Below are positions 13,285 to 28,100 of a stretch of 55,225 nt of DNA, piece after piece (positions within the stretch are counted from its first letter, which is position 1; each line of letters begins with the position of its first letter). The DNA comes from a virus (lineage: Duplodnaviria > Caudoviricetes). The notes beneath the pieces are model-generated. The model had not been told where the DNA came from and ran no database searches. It saw only the letters and a program-made list of their open reading frames with translations. The position numbers were made by a program, and so were the translations under genes. The stretch lies in the IMG/VR virus record IMGVR_UViG_3300020473_000034, positions 1 to 55,225 of that record; one strand, given 5' to 3'.

Positions 13285-13818
13285 ATGTCTTCTGTCTATA
13301 GACCCTTTCCAGAAAAATTGGGAGGGCAAAACGCAGCCACCTTTGTAGGAAATGAAGGGGATTTATTTTACGATCCAACAACCACCACTCTTAGAATTTC
13401 TGATGGAAGCACTCCAGGTGGTGTAGGAATTGGAGGTGGTGGTTCTACTACTTTAGATAAAATAGAAGAAGGTAATACTTCTGTTGAAACTATCGATACA
13501 GGTAATAATGGTACGATTAAATTCGAAACAGAAGGAACTGATCGTTGGAAGATCACTAGTGCTGGTCACATCATTCCATATGCTAATGCTGCTTATGATA
13601 TAGGTAATGCAGAGTATAAGGTAAGACACTTATTCTTATCTGATAATACTATGTACTTCCAAGGAGATTTCCTTAAAGTAGCACAACATAACGCAGGTGG
13701 AGCTGCTCAATCACCAAGTTATCTTATACCACTTGCCAAGTTAAAGGACGCATTGAATGCATCTGCTGACTATGAAGCATTCAAAGCAGCAATTCTTGCT
13801 ATTGGTGATGCTAGTTGA
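13285..13818 (+). CDS. Virion structural / short fibre-like protein with an Mtd-N-like N-terminal motif
   Basis: GDLFYD..TTTLRISDGSTPGG N-terminus and IIP..NAAYDIG.AEYKVRHLFLS fibre motif. Late promoter upstream. Confidence 0.65.
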   Translation: MSSVYRPFPEKLGGQNAATFVGNEGDLFYDPTTTTLRISDGSTPGGVGIGGGGSTTLDKIEEGNTSVETIDTGNNGTIKFETEGTDRWKITSAGHIIPYANAAYDIGNAEYKVRHLFLSDNTMYFQGDFLKVAQHNAGGAAQSPSYLIPLAKLKDALNASADYEAFKAAILAIGDAS

Positions 13819-13844
13819 TGTATAATATAGTTTTGGAATAAAGA

Positions 13845-13852
13845 TATAAATA
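13845..13852 (+). promoter_or_regulatory. T4-type late promoter TATAAATA
   Basis: Exact consensus upstream of gp25. Confidence 0.8.
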
Positions 13853-13868
13853 AATAAAAACTTTGTAT

Positions 13869-14270
13869 ATGGCCATTACAAGGATATCAAGATCATTCAA
13901 GGACATTAGTTTGTCTTTTGTGCCACATCCAGTGACAAAAGATCTTCCCATATTAAAAAATGAGAATGCGATTCGTAGATCGGTAAGGAATATTGTGGAA
14001 ACAATTCCTACTGAGAAGTTTTTTGATTCTGATTTTGGGTCTGACGTATATAAAAGTTTATTTGACTTTGTTGATTTTGGTACTGCATCTATTATACAGG
14101 ATCAAATTAAAACATGTATTGATAATTTCGAACCCAGAGTAAATAATGTGAATGTTGAAGTAAATCCACAACCTGATGATAATTCATTTGAGTGTATAGT
14201 TATATTTGATATTATTGGTCAAGAATTTCCTACACAGGAATATTCATTCATATTAGAAGCAACAAGATAA
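13869..14270 (+). CDS. gp25: Baseplate wedge subunit gp25
   Basis: FKDISLSF..HPVTKDL...NENAI..SVRN...GS...FEPRV motifs, directly upstream of gp6. Confidence 0.9.
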   Translation: MAITRISRSFKDISLSFVPHPVTKDLPILKNENAIRRSVRNIVETIPTEKFFDSDFGSDVYKSLFDFVDFGTASIIQDQIKTCIDNFEPRVNNVNVEVNPQPDDNSFECIVIFDIIGQEFPTQEYSFILEATR

Positions 14271-16181
14271 ATGACTCTTACCAAATTTTCAAATTTAGAT
14301 TTCGATCAAATAAAAACATCGATTAAAGATTATCTTAGGTCAAACACAAACTTTTCAGATTTTGACTTTGAGGGGTCCAATTTCTCTGTTTTAATTGATA
14401 CTCTTGCATATAATACCTATATCACTGCATTTAACTCTAATTTGATTGTGAATGAGTCGTTTTTGGACTCTGCAACCGTTAGAGAGAACGTTGTGTCTCT
14501 TTCTAGCAACATTGGGTACACACCCCGTTCTAGGACTGCTGCGATAGCACAGGTAGATTTAGAATTAACCATATTAGATGATGCTAATTCGGTTAATGCA
14601 GTATCTTTACAACCAGGATTGGTTTGTACGGGAGATATATCAGACAGTTCTTACCTATTTTCAATAGTAGATAAGGTAACTACACCAGTTGTTGATAAAA
14701 TTGCGAAATTTGAAGGGTTAAACATCTATCAGGGGACATTTTTAAAGAAAAAATTTGAATATGATGGTTCATTAGACCAAAGATTCATTTTAGATAACCC
14801 AAATATTGATTCATCTAAGGTAAGAGTGTATATTAGCTCCGATCAATCCGAACTTGGTATTGAATATTCGGCAGTAAATAACATTATTTCTATCAATTCT
14901 GACTCTAGGATCTATTTTATACGTGAAATACAGGATGAAAGGTATGAATTAAGGTTTGGTGATGGTATTTTTGGTAAAAAATTGGGTGATTATACTGGTT
15001 CTGACGGTAAATACATTACTGTTCACTATATGACCACAGAAGGAGAAGATGGTAATGGTGCACAATCATTTACATATGCTGGAATAGTCAATAATGAGAA
15101 CGATGTATCGCAAAATATAACAAATGTTCGTGTAACTAAGAAGCAATCTTCGCAAAATGGGTCTGCAATTGAGAATATTGACTCAATTAAGTACTATTCA
15201 CCACTACTTTATTCCGCACAGAATCGTGCAGTGACTGCTAGGGACTATGAAGCTATTATTAAGAGAATATATCCAAATACAGAGTCTGTTTCTGTTGTTG
15301 GTGGTGAAGAATTAGACCCACCAGAGTTTGGAACGGTTAGAATAAGTATTAAACCAACCAATGGTAGCTATGTTTCGGACTTTTCTAAGTCAAATATACT
15401 ATCAAAGTTAAAACAGTACTCTGTATCTGGTATTAATCAGTCTATTGTAGACCTCAAAGTACTATATGTGGAAATTGATTCAAGTGTTTATTACAATGAT
15501 GCCTTTATATCTGACCCAAATACATTAAAATCAAGTGTAGTTAGTACATTAACAAACTATTCAAAGTCTGTTAACTTGAATAAATTTGGTGGTAGATTCA
15601 AATATAGTAAGGTGTTACAAACTATTGATGATACTGATCAAGCAATAACATCAAATATCACTAAAGTAAGGATTAGAAGGGATTTAAAGGTCTCTGTTAA
15701 CCAATTTGCACAATATGAATTGTGTTTTGGTAATCAATTCCATGTAGATCCTAAAGGATTTAATATTAAATCTACTGGATTTAATATTCCTGGAGAACAA
15801 TCCACAGTATATTTGACTGATGTACCTAAAGAAGATCGTAAAACTGGAGCACTAGCAATTATAAAACCAATTAATGATACTGAATCAAGAGTTATTGTTG
15901 GTAATGCAGGTGTAGTTGATTATATTAAAGGTGAAGTTACTCTCACTACTGTCAAAATAACCTCAACAGTAAAGCCAAATGATATTATAGAGATACAGGC
16001 ATTTCCAGAATCCAATGATGTCGTAGGATTGAAGGATTTATACATCTCATTTAGCATATCTGAAAGTACAATAAATATGGTAAGAGATGTTATTGCATCT
16101 GGAGATGAAATTTCTGGGGTTAAATTCACCAAAGATTTCTATACATCAAGTTATTCTAACGGGAAAATAACAAGAGAGTAG
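14271..16181 (+). CDS. gp6: Baseplate wedge subunit gp6
   Basis: LDFDQIK..FSDFDFEGSNFSVLIDTLAYNT..ESFLDSA, FGDG and QNRAVTARDY motifs. Confidence 0.95.
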   Translation: MTLTKFSNLDFDQIKTSIKDYLRSNTNFSDFDFEGSNFSVLIDTLAYNTYITAFNSNLIVNESFLDSATVRENVVSLSSNIGYTPRSRTAAIAQVDLELTILDDANSVNAVSLQPGLVCTGDISDSSYLFSIVDKVTTPVVDKIAKFEGLNIYQGTFLKKKFEYDGSLDQRFILDNPNIDSSKVRVYISSDQSELGIEYSAVNNIISINSDSRIYFIREIQDERYELRFGDGIFGKKLGDYTGSDGKYITVHYMTTEGEDGNGAQSFTYAGIVNNENDVSQNITNVRVTKKQSSQNGSAIENIDSIKYYSPLLYSAQNRAVTARDYEAIIKRIYPNTESVSVVGGEELDPPEFGTVRISIKPTNGSYVSDFSKSNILSKLKQYSVSGINQSIVDLKVLYVEIDSSVYYNDAFISDPNTLKSSVVSTLTNYSKSVNLNKFGGRFKYSKVLQTIDDTDQAITSNITKVRIRRDLKVSVNQFAQYELCFGNQFHVDPKGFNIKSTGFNIPGEQSTVYLTDVPKEDRKTGALAIIKPINDTESRVIVGNAGVVDYIKGEVTLTTVKITSTVKPNDIIEIQAFPESNDVVGLKDLYISFSISESTINMVRDVIASGDEISGVKFTKDFYTSSYSNGKITRE

Positions 16182-16182
16182 T

Positions 16183-19100
16183 ATGATACAAACAGGATTT
16201 GAAAGTAGAGTAAAGATTCAAGATATTATATCGAATCAACTTCCAAATTATATTTTGGATGAGAGTCCTCTTACCTCTGACTTTCTTAAACAATATTATA
16301 TTTCACAAGAATATCAGGGTGGTCCTATCGACCTTTCTGATAATTTGGATCAATATTTAAAGCTTGATAATTTAACTCCTGATGTAATAGTCGATTCAAC
16401 AACATTATCAGAAGATATTAGTAGCACAGATTTAACAATAACAGTATCGGATACAAAAGGATTTCCGAATAGTTATGGATTATTGAAGATTGATAATGAA
16501 ATTATTACATATACAGAAAAAACATCTACTACATTTACTGGATGTGAACGTGGATTTAGTGGTATTACAAGTTATCATCAATCTTTAAATAGTGAAGAAT
16601 TAATATTTTCTACTTCAGATGCTGCAAGTCATAAGAAGGATTCAAGTATTCAAAATTTAAGTTCTTTATTTCTTAAAGAATTTTATAAAAAAACCAAAAG
16701 AACATTTACTCCAGGATTAGAAGATTCCACTTTCACTTCAGATTTAGATGCTGGTAATTTTATAAGAGAAGCAAAATCTTTATATGATACAAAAGGAACG
16801 GATGAATCGTTCAGAATACTGTTTAATATTCTTTATAATGAAACTCCAGATATAATTAATCTTGAGGAAAGATTAATTAAACCATCAACCTCAAAGTATG
16901 TTAGAAGAAGAATTGCTGTTGGGGAGGTAATTCAAGGAAATCCTACAAAATTAAAAGGGCAATCAATTTTTAAGAGTAAACTTAATAATACTGATATTAA
17001 TGTTTCTGTATCAGAAGTAGAAGCTTTTGTCAGAACTGGTATAGGAACTTATTATAAATTTGGATTATTCATTGATAATAGTGGATCTGATGAAATTTCA
17101 AATACGTTTAATATTATTCCAAACTCAAGAGTAATTGGAAATGTATCTGTTGGTTCTTCAATTATTACTGTAGATTCTACCGTTGGATTTAGTACTTCAG
17201 GAACTTTAATAACTGGAGATAACACATCTATTCAGTATACAAGTAAAACAATAAATCAATTTTTAGGTGTAAGTGATATTACTTCTGATATTAAATCAAT
17301 GGATAATGTTAGAAGTGATGATTATTATTATGGATATGAGGATGGTGATATTACTAAAGAGGTAAGATTAAGATTTACTGGTGTTCTGTCAGAATTTGTA
17401 CAAGACGGAAAACTAATTGTTGATGAAGGTGATATTATTGGGATAAAAAATATTGGAGATAAAATTGATAATCCAGAAAATAATTCAACTTTTAAAGAAA
17501 TATTTGCAAATTCATGGATTTATAATAGTAGTTCCTCATATAAACTAAAATATGATCCACTTCAAGCTACATCTGTAACATTTTTTAGTCCTGTAGATAG
17601 ATCTAGCTTAAAATATGGTGATGATATAGAAATTGTTGATGATGGAAGTAAAGATATTGTATATCCAACACCTACTAGTGATTTACCATATGTTAGTCAA
17701 GAACTTGAAAATGGTGAAGTTGGAGTTAATTTATCGAATTATACTCATACTTTGGGGGAAAATAGTCATCAATCATTAAGAAGAAAACTAAAGACGGCAA
17801 ATAGTTCTAATACACCAATACAATTTGGTAATGATAATGTAACATCAGATGTTCAAAATGTATATGTAAAAGATGATGTAGCATACGTAGCATCAAATTC
17901 ATTACCATCATATAGTTCAATAGGATCTTTTCCATATAATGAACAAATAACAGTTAATATTAGAACTTCAACTCTAGATTTTGATGGTTCTGCTGGTGGT
18001 AAATTGGAGGATATAATTGATGTTAGTAGTGATTTATATTCTACAATATCTTTTGAATCTCCTCATCCATTTAAAAATGGAGATAAAATTTATTATGATC
18101 CATCAGAATCTAGTTTAGTTGGATTAGAAACGGGAATTTATTATATTAAAAAAATTAGTGGTAATAAAATAAAATTATATGGTTCTACTTCTGGTATTTT
18201 AGGTGATAGGTATATTCCTCTTGGATATCCTCCTACAGAGTTTGATGGGAATCACAAATTTACATTATATTCCCAAAAATCTGGAGTAATTGGACCTCAA
18301 AAATTATTAAAGAAATTTCCATTAAAACAGAATCTTAAAAATGGTACATCAGTAGAAACACTTCCTGGTGGGACTGGTATGTTGGTTAATGGTGTTGAAA
18401 TTAATAATTATAAGTCATTAGATAAAATTCATTATGGTCCAATAAATTCAGTTTCTGTATTAAATTCTGGTGAAGATTATGATGTTATAAATCCACCAAA
18501 TATAACTTTATCATCACCAATTAGTACTGGTACAACTGCACTTATACATCCAGTGTTATCGGGTAAGATTGATAAAATTTTATTAGATAATCAAGATTTT
18601 GATATCGACTCTATTGTTTCTATAGGAATTACTGGTGGTAATAGTAGTGGATACGCTCTACAACCAATATTTAAGACAAGATATAGAGAAATTGAATTTA
18701 ATGCTAAAAAATCACCAGCTGGTGGTATTAATACTTCACCTGGTGATCCAGCATCATGTCAAATTACATTTTTATCAAATCACAATCTTACTACAGGTCA
18801 GTCTGTAGTCTATGAAAGTATTGGAAATCCAGAAGTTGGTGTTGGTATTGGAACTAGTACACTAGTTAATTTTTCAACCTATTATGTTGAAAGAATTAAT
18901 CAAGATACAATAAGACTTTATAATAGTCTTTCTGATGCTAATGGTACTTCATTGAATGGTATTGGTGGTATTGGAATTAATACAATTCATCTTAATGGTA
19001 GTGGGTCTGGTGTTCAAAGGTTTGTAGTTAATCAAAAAAATACATTATCAAGTGTCAAGGTATTAGATGGTGGTAATTATACAAATAGAAGTTTACTGGT

Positions 19101-22100
19101 GAAACCATCTGGAATTTCTACTTCTTTGAATAATATAACGTTTAAAAATCATGGTTTTAATAGTGGTGAATTAATTCAATATTCTGCTGTTGATGGAATT
19201 TCTAATAAAATTGATGGATTATCATTTGATAACCAATATTATGTTCTTAAAGATAATGATGATTCGTTCAGATTATGTGATGCTGGTATTGGTGGAACTA
19301 TTTCACAAAACTATATTTCTAGAAATATAGTTTCATTAGGTTCTACAACTGGAGTTGGATATCAACAATTTAAATATCCTGATATTAAAGGTTATTTGCA
19401 AATTATTAATAGTGATGGTGGACAAAATAATATTGAGGAAATTCCAATAACTCCTGTAATTAAAGGTTCGATTACTGATATTATACTTTATGAAAGTGGG
19501 TCTGGATATGGTTCAACTATCCTCAACAATATAAAGAGTCCAATAGTTACTATAAAGACTGGAAAAGATGCAGAATTAAGACCATTTTTTAATAATGGGA
19601 AGATTAGTGATGTTAGTGTTGAATATGGTGGAGAAGATTATTATTCATTACCTGATTTGGAGGTTGTTGATCCTACAGGAAGTGGTTCTGGAGCTGAATT
19701 AAGACCTATTATTACAAATTTAAAAATAACAGGTGTTGAAATTTCAAATGCAGGTATAGGATACTCATCATCTTCTTCAATTTTAATTAAATCTTCTGGT
19801 AAAAATTTAATATTAAAACCAGAAATTAGATCACTTACAGTTAATAACCAAGTTAGATTTAAGGAAGATAGTAAACATTATCAATTAGTAGATACAGAGA
19901 ATAATTTAAAATATACTGCATATGGATATAAACCAGATACATTTGGTGATTCTGTCACTGAAGGATCTAGTGCATCAAAATTAATTGGATGGGCATATGA
20001 TGGGAACCCAATATATGGTGGATATGGATTAGTAAGTCCAAATGAAAATCCATCAAATCCTAATGCACCTACAAAGAGAATGCAATCTGGATATACTTTA
20101 GATATATCTAAAGTTGTTGATAGGCCCATAGGATTTTCAAATGGTTATTTTGTTGATGATTATACTTATGATAATAGTGGTGATTTGGATGAATATAATG
20201 GTAGATTTGAAAAAACTGTAGATTTTCCTGATGGTGTATATGCATACCATGCAACGTTAGATGAAGATAATGATCCTACATTTCCTTACTTTATAGGAAA
20301 CAAATACAGATCTATTCCAATAGAAGAAAATCTTACAACTTTTGATCAATTATCATTCGATTTTAATACTTCTGGAGTTTTAAGAAATACTCTTCCATAT
20401 AAAGTTTCCGATATTAATGCGGATAATGATTTTATTGTCGAAAGTTCAGAAGTTGATACTCAAGAAATAGAAATTGAATCAATTTCAAGTGGAAATATAT
20501 CAGAATTTGATTTATTGAATAGGGGTTCTGGTTATAAAGTAAATGAAAATTTAAATTTTGACAATTCAGGAACTGAAGGTCAAGGATTGCTTGCAAGAGT
20601 TAGGTCTTTAGATGGTAAAGATTTGCAATCTATTAATACTGATATTGAAACTTATACTAATTCAGTATTAACATGGAATGATAGAAAATTAACTGTAACA
20701 GTTGATCCACATCATAATTTTAATGAGAATGATTATATTACAATTTCTGGAATTTCTACTGATTTATCTCATATTAATGGATCATATAAAGTTGGAATAA
20801 CATCATTTGTTTCAAATACAATATCAACTATTGCTGCATCACCATCAGCTGGATTTACCACTGAAATATATGTTTCAAGAATACCAACTGTTTCTATTGG
20901 AAGTAGTATACAGATAGGTTCTGAAAAGATGAAGATTCTGAATATATTTGAAAATCTGAATGTTCTTAGAGTAAAAAGAGGTAATAATTCTAGTGATTAT
21001 ACAGTAGAAATTCCAGAAAATAGTAGAGTAGAGTTTTTAACAAATTCTTTTAAAATTGATGAAAAAGTAGATTATTTTGATTCTTCTATTTCGGATAAGA
21101 TTTATTTCAACCCATCTAAGTCGGTTGGTGTGGGTGTAGATGATGGAACTACTCATTCAGTAGTATTTAATTTTGCAGGTAATGATATTGTAAGAAATAT
21201 ACCCATAAAACAATTATATATTGAAAATCATCCATTCCACAACAATCAAAAAGTTAATTTAACTGTTCCTAGTGGTTATGGTAATGCTAATAATTTTGGA
21301 AATGTATCAATTTCAACGAATAAAACATCCACACAATTTGATTTACCAACATCTGATTTATATATTGTCAATAAAGGTATTAATACTATAGGAATTAAAA
21401 CTGGAATTGGTACAGCTAGTGATGGATATGAATATGAAGAGGTTTATTTCCGTAATATACACAGCATGGATGATGATAATTATTTACTAGAAAGTGCTGA
21501 TGATAAACAGGTTTTATGTAAAGCTCAAAGGATTAGAACAGTAGTATCTGTTTCTACATCACATAATTTAACCAATAATGATAGTGTTTCTTTAGAAGTT
21601 AAACCTAATATTTCTTCTGGAATTGGATCTGATGTAAATGTAGAAGTAAAAAGAGATATTCTTACTGGACATTTATTAATTAATCCAATTACGTTTAGTA
21701 GTGGTGATATTAATCTTGGTAATAACACCATTACTTTGGGTAGTAAAGGAAGTAATTTAAAAACAGGAGATAAGGTTTTATATTCGGGTGATGCTACAGG
21801 ATTAACACCAGGAAATTATTATGTTTATAAAGTTGATGATAAAATAATTAAATTATGCCAAACATATTATGATGCAACTAGAATAGTACCTAATATTGTA
21901 GATATTACAGGCACTGGTTCTACGGGACAAATAATTAGCTTAGTTAATCCACAAATTCTTGCAACAAAAAATACTGATCTAGTTTTTGATCATTCAGATT
22001 CTTCATTAACTGGATATAATTTTAATTTATATTATGATCAAGAATTTAAAAATAGATTTGTTGGTACTGGTAAAACTTCATCATTTAATGTCTCTGCACA

Positions 22101-25100
22101 GTCATCAATAACTACTGTAAGTTATGGTAGTAGTTTATCTAGGAAATTATATTACAATATAGAAAAATCTGGGTTTATTTCCACTTCTGATACAGATGTT
22201 ATTAATAATTCAGAAATAGTATATATTGATAGTGTATATCATGGTGATTATAAAATTTCTGGGGTTGGAAATACAGATTTTACAATATATTTAAATAAAA
22301 TTCCAGAAAAATCTTCATATACTTCAACACAATGTGATTTACTTAAATATACTACTACTTCAAAATCTTATAGTGGTCCTATTGATAAAATAGAGATAAT
22401 TTCTGGTGGGTCTGGATATAAAAAAGTTCCAACTTTCGTTGGTGTTGGGTCTACATCAATCGGTAAGGATGCTGTAATAATACCAAAATCTAAAAATATA
22501 GGTAATGTATCTAAAATTAGAATAATTAACCAAGGATTTGAATATTCATCAGATAAAACATTAAATCCAACTGCGTATGTTTCACCAATAATTGAGTTGA
22601 AAAATTCAAATTCAATTGGAATAGTTACTGTAACTTCTGGTGGAAAAAATTATCTATCATCACCAAATATTGTTATTGTTAATTCTGAAACTAGAAAGTT
22701 AATTGATAGTGGATTCTTAGAACCAAAAATGATAGATAATTCTATTTTAGATGTAAATATTGTTGAAAAACCCCATGGACTTCCAGATTCTACAGTAACA
22801 TTAAAAACAACAAATAATACTAATGGAATTACAATTTCTTCTGTAGATTCTTCAACTCCAGCAAGTGATACTGGATATACTGTAATATTAGTTACACCAA
22901 CACTTGGTTTTAAAGAAGCACCATTTAAGGCTGGGGATAAAGTATTTATTGAAGGTATTGAAAAATATGGTGTACTTGGTGATGGTTTCAATTCGGAGAA
23001 TCTTGGATATGAATTTTTAACAATAGAATCTATTGTAGGTGGAGATAATCCAAATCCATTTAAATTTACAGTTAGTGCTGTTGGATTAACAACAATGGTT
23101 GGTACTGCAGTTACAACACCAACAGGATTTACGGCAGTTATCCCAGAATCTGATTATCCAACATTAATTGCCACTCAATCTAAAGAAGGGTTTGATATAG
23201 GTGAATTTATTACAGTAAATTCTATAGACTCACAAATCAAAGTAACATCAAATGATGATTCATCTATTAAAGTTACTGGACTTGGTGTTGATGATTTATC
23301 TGTTGGTGATGTTATTCTTGGAAAAACATCAGGTAATAAAGCAACTATATCAAAAATTACAGAAAATCATGGTAAATATGAAATTGATTTTTCGTCTGTG
23401 AAGGATGTTGGTTGGATTGATTCGGTTGGAAGACTAAATGATGATAGTCAAGTAATACCTGATAATGATTATTACCAAAATTTATCATATTCTGTTAAGA
23501 GTTCAATTACTTGGGATACATTACAAACTCCAGTCAATAATGTCCTTCATACAAGTGGATTGAAGAATTTTGCTGATACTGGAATTACTTCAACTGCTTC
23601 TGTTGGTATAGGTTATTCTATTGGAACTACAATAATTAGAGATATTTTTGAGGAGAAGAGAGTTGATGAAATTCAAGGTGTTGATCTAGTTAGAGATACT
23701 GAGGTTACAGGTGATGTTGCTAGATTAATAGAATTTAAAAATATAAGATTATCTGATTATATTGCATGTTTAACAAATGAAGTATTTACATTTGATAATA
23801 TTAATCAACAGTTTTCAAATTTAGAAGATACTGAAACATATTATGTAGATCTTATGGATATACCTGCAGATGGTAGGTATCAAAATTTTATAGTTAGGGT
23901 TGAAAGTAATACTAATACTGGAATATCAACACAAGTTCAATTATCAGAATTGGTTCTGATAAATTCTTATCCATATTCTAATAATGATCAAAATGTATTA
24001 TTGGAAAAATATCAATTATTTAATTCTGATAATGATGGATTTGTTTCTGTTGAAAAAGATCAATTAGGAACATTTAAAATTGTTAAAGATGAATTAACTG
24101 CAGTAAATACTCTTAGATTTTATCCAAAAGAAAAGTTTAATGTTGACTATGATTTAAAAATTCTTAAAGGTGAATTTACAAATGTAGTTTCTACTGCAGC
24201 AACTGTTAAAGTTGGTCCGATTGACAACAGTATATTTGTTCAACAAGTTACTAGTGGATCTACAAATGATATTTTATCCGTTGGTATTACTAGTATAAAT
24301 TCATTCTTTGTTAATGCACAAATTGTTGATAAATCAACTGGACAATTAAATTTTGTTGAAGCTTATGTTACCCATAATGGTCAAGATAGTTTTATATCAG
24401 AATCATATATTGACTCTGAACCATCTATAATTTCATCAAATAGAATTGGTATTTTAACTTCGAATTTAGATTCTGGAACATTAAAATTGAGTTATGAGAA
24501 TGATACATCTACTGATGTTATTGTTAGATCAAAGGTTGTTGGTTTTGGTACAACTGGATTTATTACTCCAGAAGGACATACTGGTGTTGGAACATATAGA
24601 TTCCAGAATCCAGCAGAACCAGATGGATATGAAAGGTCTGTAATCTATCAAGGAATATCTACTAGTGGTGTAGGAAAGACAACTATATTAGGGATAAGTT
24701 CCTCTTTATTTAATTCTGCTACATCTATAGTAGAAGTTAGTATAGGATCATCCAAAGCAGTACATGAAGTATTGAGTTTACATGATGGTATAGATGTTTA
24801 TGTGCAACCAGCACAATTCTTGGCTGATAGTTCCAATAATTTGGGATTAGGTACTTTTGGTGGTGAATATGATCCTGCTAGTGGTGATTATGTGGTAAGT
24901 TTTTACCCTGATAACTTAGTAGGTGTAACAACAGTATCAATATTTAATAAGTGTTTTTATAGATCTATTGATAGATTTAATATTTCCGACACTTTAGTTT
25001 ATGGTAGTGGATATACTGAAAATTTAGATTTTAAATTGTATAATGCTATTAATGGATTTAGAATTAGTAAGAAAGATTTTGAATTAACTACAAATTCAAT

Positions 25101-28100
25101 ACCAGTATTCTCTAAAAAAGTTAATCCTAGTTTCGAATCAGATTTAGTTCTTTCTACAGGTAAATTTAAGGTTAATGATCACTTCTTCAGAACCAACCAA
25201 ACCTTAAGTTATGAACCAAAATCAACAATACTTGGTATTGGATCTACTGCAATGCAGTATATGTCTGCAGATAACATAATGGATACATTACCATCTACAG
25301 TCTTTGCTATAAAGAATGATGATAATACATTCCAAATTTCTACTACAAGAACTGGAACTGCTGTTACCTTTACAGGAATTGGAGAAGGAAATGCTCATAC
25401 ATTCTCTATGGTCAATCCAAATGAAAAATCAATAATAAGTATTGATGATATTGTCCAATATCCAATAACACCAACTCCAATATCTCACAAATTAAGATAT
25501 AATGATGGTGGTCAAATAGGTTTTGCTAATACTATTTTCTCTTTGAGTGGAATATCAACTATACTTGTTGATGATATAATAAAAATTGATAATGAGTATA
25601 TGAAGGTTATCAACGTTGGTGTTGGAACAACTGGTGCTGGACCAATCACACCAGGAATTGGAACATTCCCATGTGTAGGAGTTGAAAGGGGTGCTCTTGG
25701 TACTCTTTCATCTATACACACAAACGAGGCTGTAGTTGATAGATTTAAGGGTAGTTTTAATATAGTTGATAGCACTCTTTGGTTTGCTACCCCACCTAGA
25801 GGAAATCCTACATTAAGTATATTACCAAATGGGTTGAAATTCCCAACTTCTGATTTTAATGGAAGAACATTTTTAAGAAATGATTATACAACAAATGATG
25901 TATATGATGATATTAGTGATCAATTTAATGGATTAACAACCTCATTTACATTGACTGTAGGTGGTGCAAATACTATAGGTATTGGAACTAGTGGTGGAAA
26001 TGGAGTTTTATTCATAAATGGAATATTCCAAACACCAACAACAGACAATAATCCAGCAAATAATTTTAAAATTATAGAAACTGGTAGTGGTGCTACTGGT
26101 GTAACTAGTGTTGTATTCTCTGGCATAACATCCACAGATGGAACATTAATTAAATCTGAGTATGATATTAATAGAAATGAATTACCAAGAGGTGGAATTC
26201 CAATTTCCTTCGGTTCAACTACTGGTTCTGGATATGCACCTCTTGTTGGAGCAAATGTAAGACCTATCTTAGATGCTAGTGGATCAATTACAAGTATAGT
26301 TGGTGTTGCAACCACTGGGGCAGCACTGGGAGTACATACAGCAGTGTATGATAATACTAGTGGAATATTAACAGTTACTACTATTGTAGATCATCAATTA
26401 GTTGATGGTGGACATGTTGATGAGGTTAAATTATCTCGTTTAGGATTCACATGTCCATCTGGAAGTGGTATAACAACAAATTACTTCCCAAGTGGAGCAT
26501 ATGGAGATACATTCTCTATTATTGGTGTAGAAGATACTAATAAGTTTAGTGTCAATGTTGGAACAAGTACTATTCCACATACTTATGTTGGTGCTGGAGA
26601 TAGTTCTGGAACTGTTTTCCCATGGTATGGAGATCTTACATTAGGTTCTGGTTATAATGGTATAGTTCCTATTTCAGTAACAGTTAAAGATAGTGGATAT
26701 GATCATGAATTTATAAGTGCCACTAATAATGCTATTACTAAAACTACATGGAATGGTACTGGAATTACTCCTACAAATGCTATTTTTGATTCACTTTCTG
26801 GAATTGTTACGTTTACGGCAACTTCTCATGGCTTGGTTACAGGTGATAAAGTAGGTATTGCAACAGGGTCATTAACATTTAAGTGTTCTAAGGATAATTA
26901 CGCATCAGAACATAAGTATCCTCGTGGACCATTTACTCATCAGTTTGATAGTGCTGATGCTAATGCTGTTAATAACTCATTACAACCTATTGGTGCTGAT
27001 TACAACGCCCTAACAGGTGACATGGTATTGACATTTGCTTCTGCTCATAATATAAGTAATGGAGCATTTATAACAATTACTGATAATTCTATTAGATTTA
27101 AGTGTGCTAAAGATAATTATACAACAATACATAGTTATCCAAGATTATCAGATCCTGCATCTGGGTCTAATTTAACGGTTTCTAATGCAACTGCTAATGA
27201 TCTTACAGTTAATGTTGGAGCATCTAATACAAAAGAAGATCCAGTAACTGGTATTTTAACTACAGTTACTAAGTTAAATAATAATATCTTTAGTGTATTT
27301 GTTGGAAGTGCAGTTGGTGAAGATGCTAATATCACAGCTACTCCAAAAACAGTTAATACTCATGTATTTGATAGTGCAAATAGTACTTTAAGTAATTGTA
27401 TTTTCATTAATAATTGGAGTGGTTCAGGTGGTCAAAAATCAATATCAGGTGCTGCATATACTGCATCTACTGGAGAATTGATGTTAGATATTGGGACTAC
27501 AGGTATGCCTTCAGCAGGTTCAGATAAAGTTGGTATTAAGACTAGTTCTCTAGCATTTAGATGTAATCAAGATGATTATAATAGTGTACATAAGTATCCT
27601 AGAACAAGTGACCCAGTTAATGGAACATTAATTGATATTACTAAGGTGGATACTAACACAGGAATGATTTTTGTTAATGTTGGAAAATCCAATACAAATT
27701 GTGGTGGTGCGTTAGACTTTACAGTAGTTGGTGGTGGAACAAGTTATACCAATCCTAAGATATTTGTTACAGAACCTTCTTATGCTGGTTTAGGTATAAC
27801 AGGAGTTTCAAGAGTTGGTGAAGGTCCAACGACAGATACTGGTTTTGGACTGCGTTTGGATGTTGAAGTAGGTGCTGCTCAGACTTCTGGTATAGGATCT
27901 GGTTTTTATGAAATTTCTAATTTTGATATTACTAGAAGTGGATATTCATTTAAACGTGGTGATGTTTTCTCACCAATTGGATTGGTTACTGATAGAAAAT
28001 TATATGAACCATTTGAACAAGCAACTATTGAAGTTGATAATATCTACACTGATAATTTCTCAATGTGGCAGTTTGGAGAATTTGATTATATAGATTCAAT

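Noticed and set aside
13285-13818. Mtd-like N-terminus suggesting a diversity-generating retroelement target
   Set aside because: No reverse transcriptase and no template/variable repeat pair are seen in the window.
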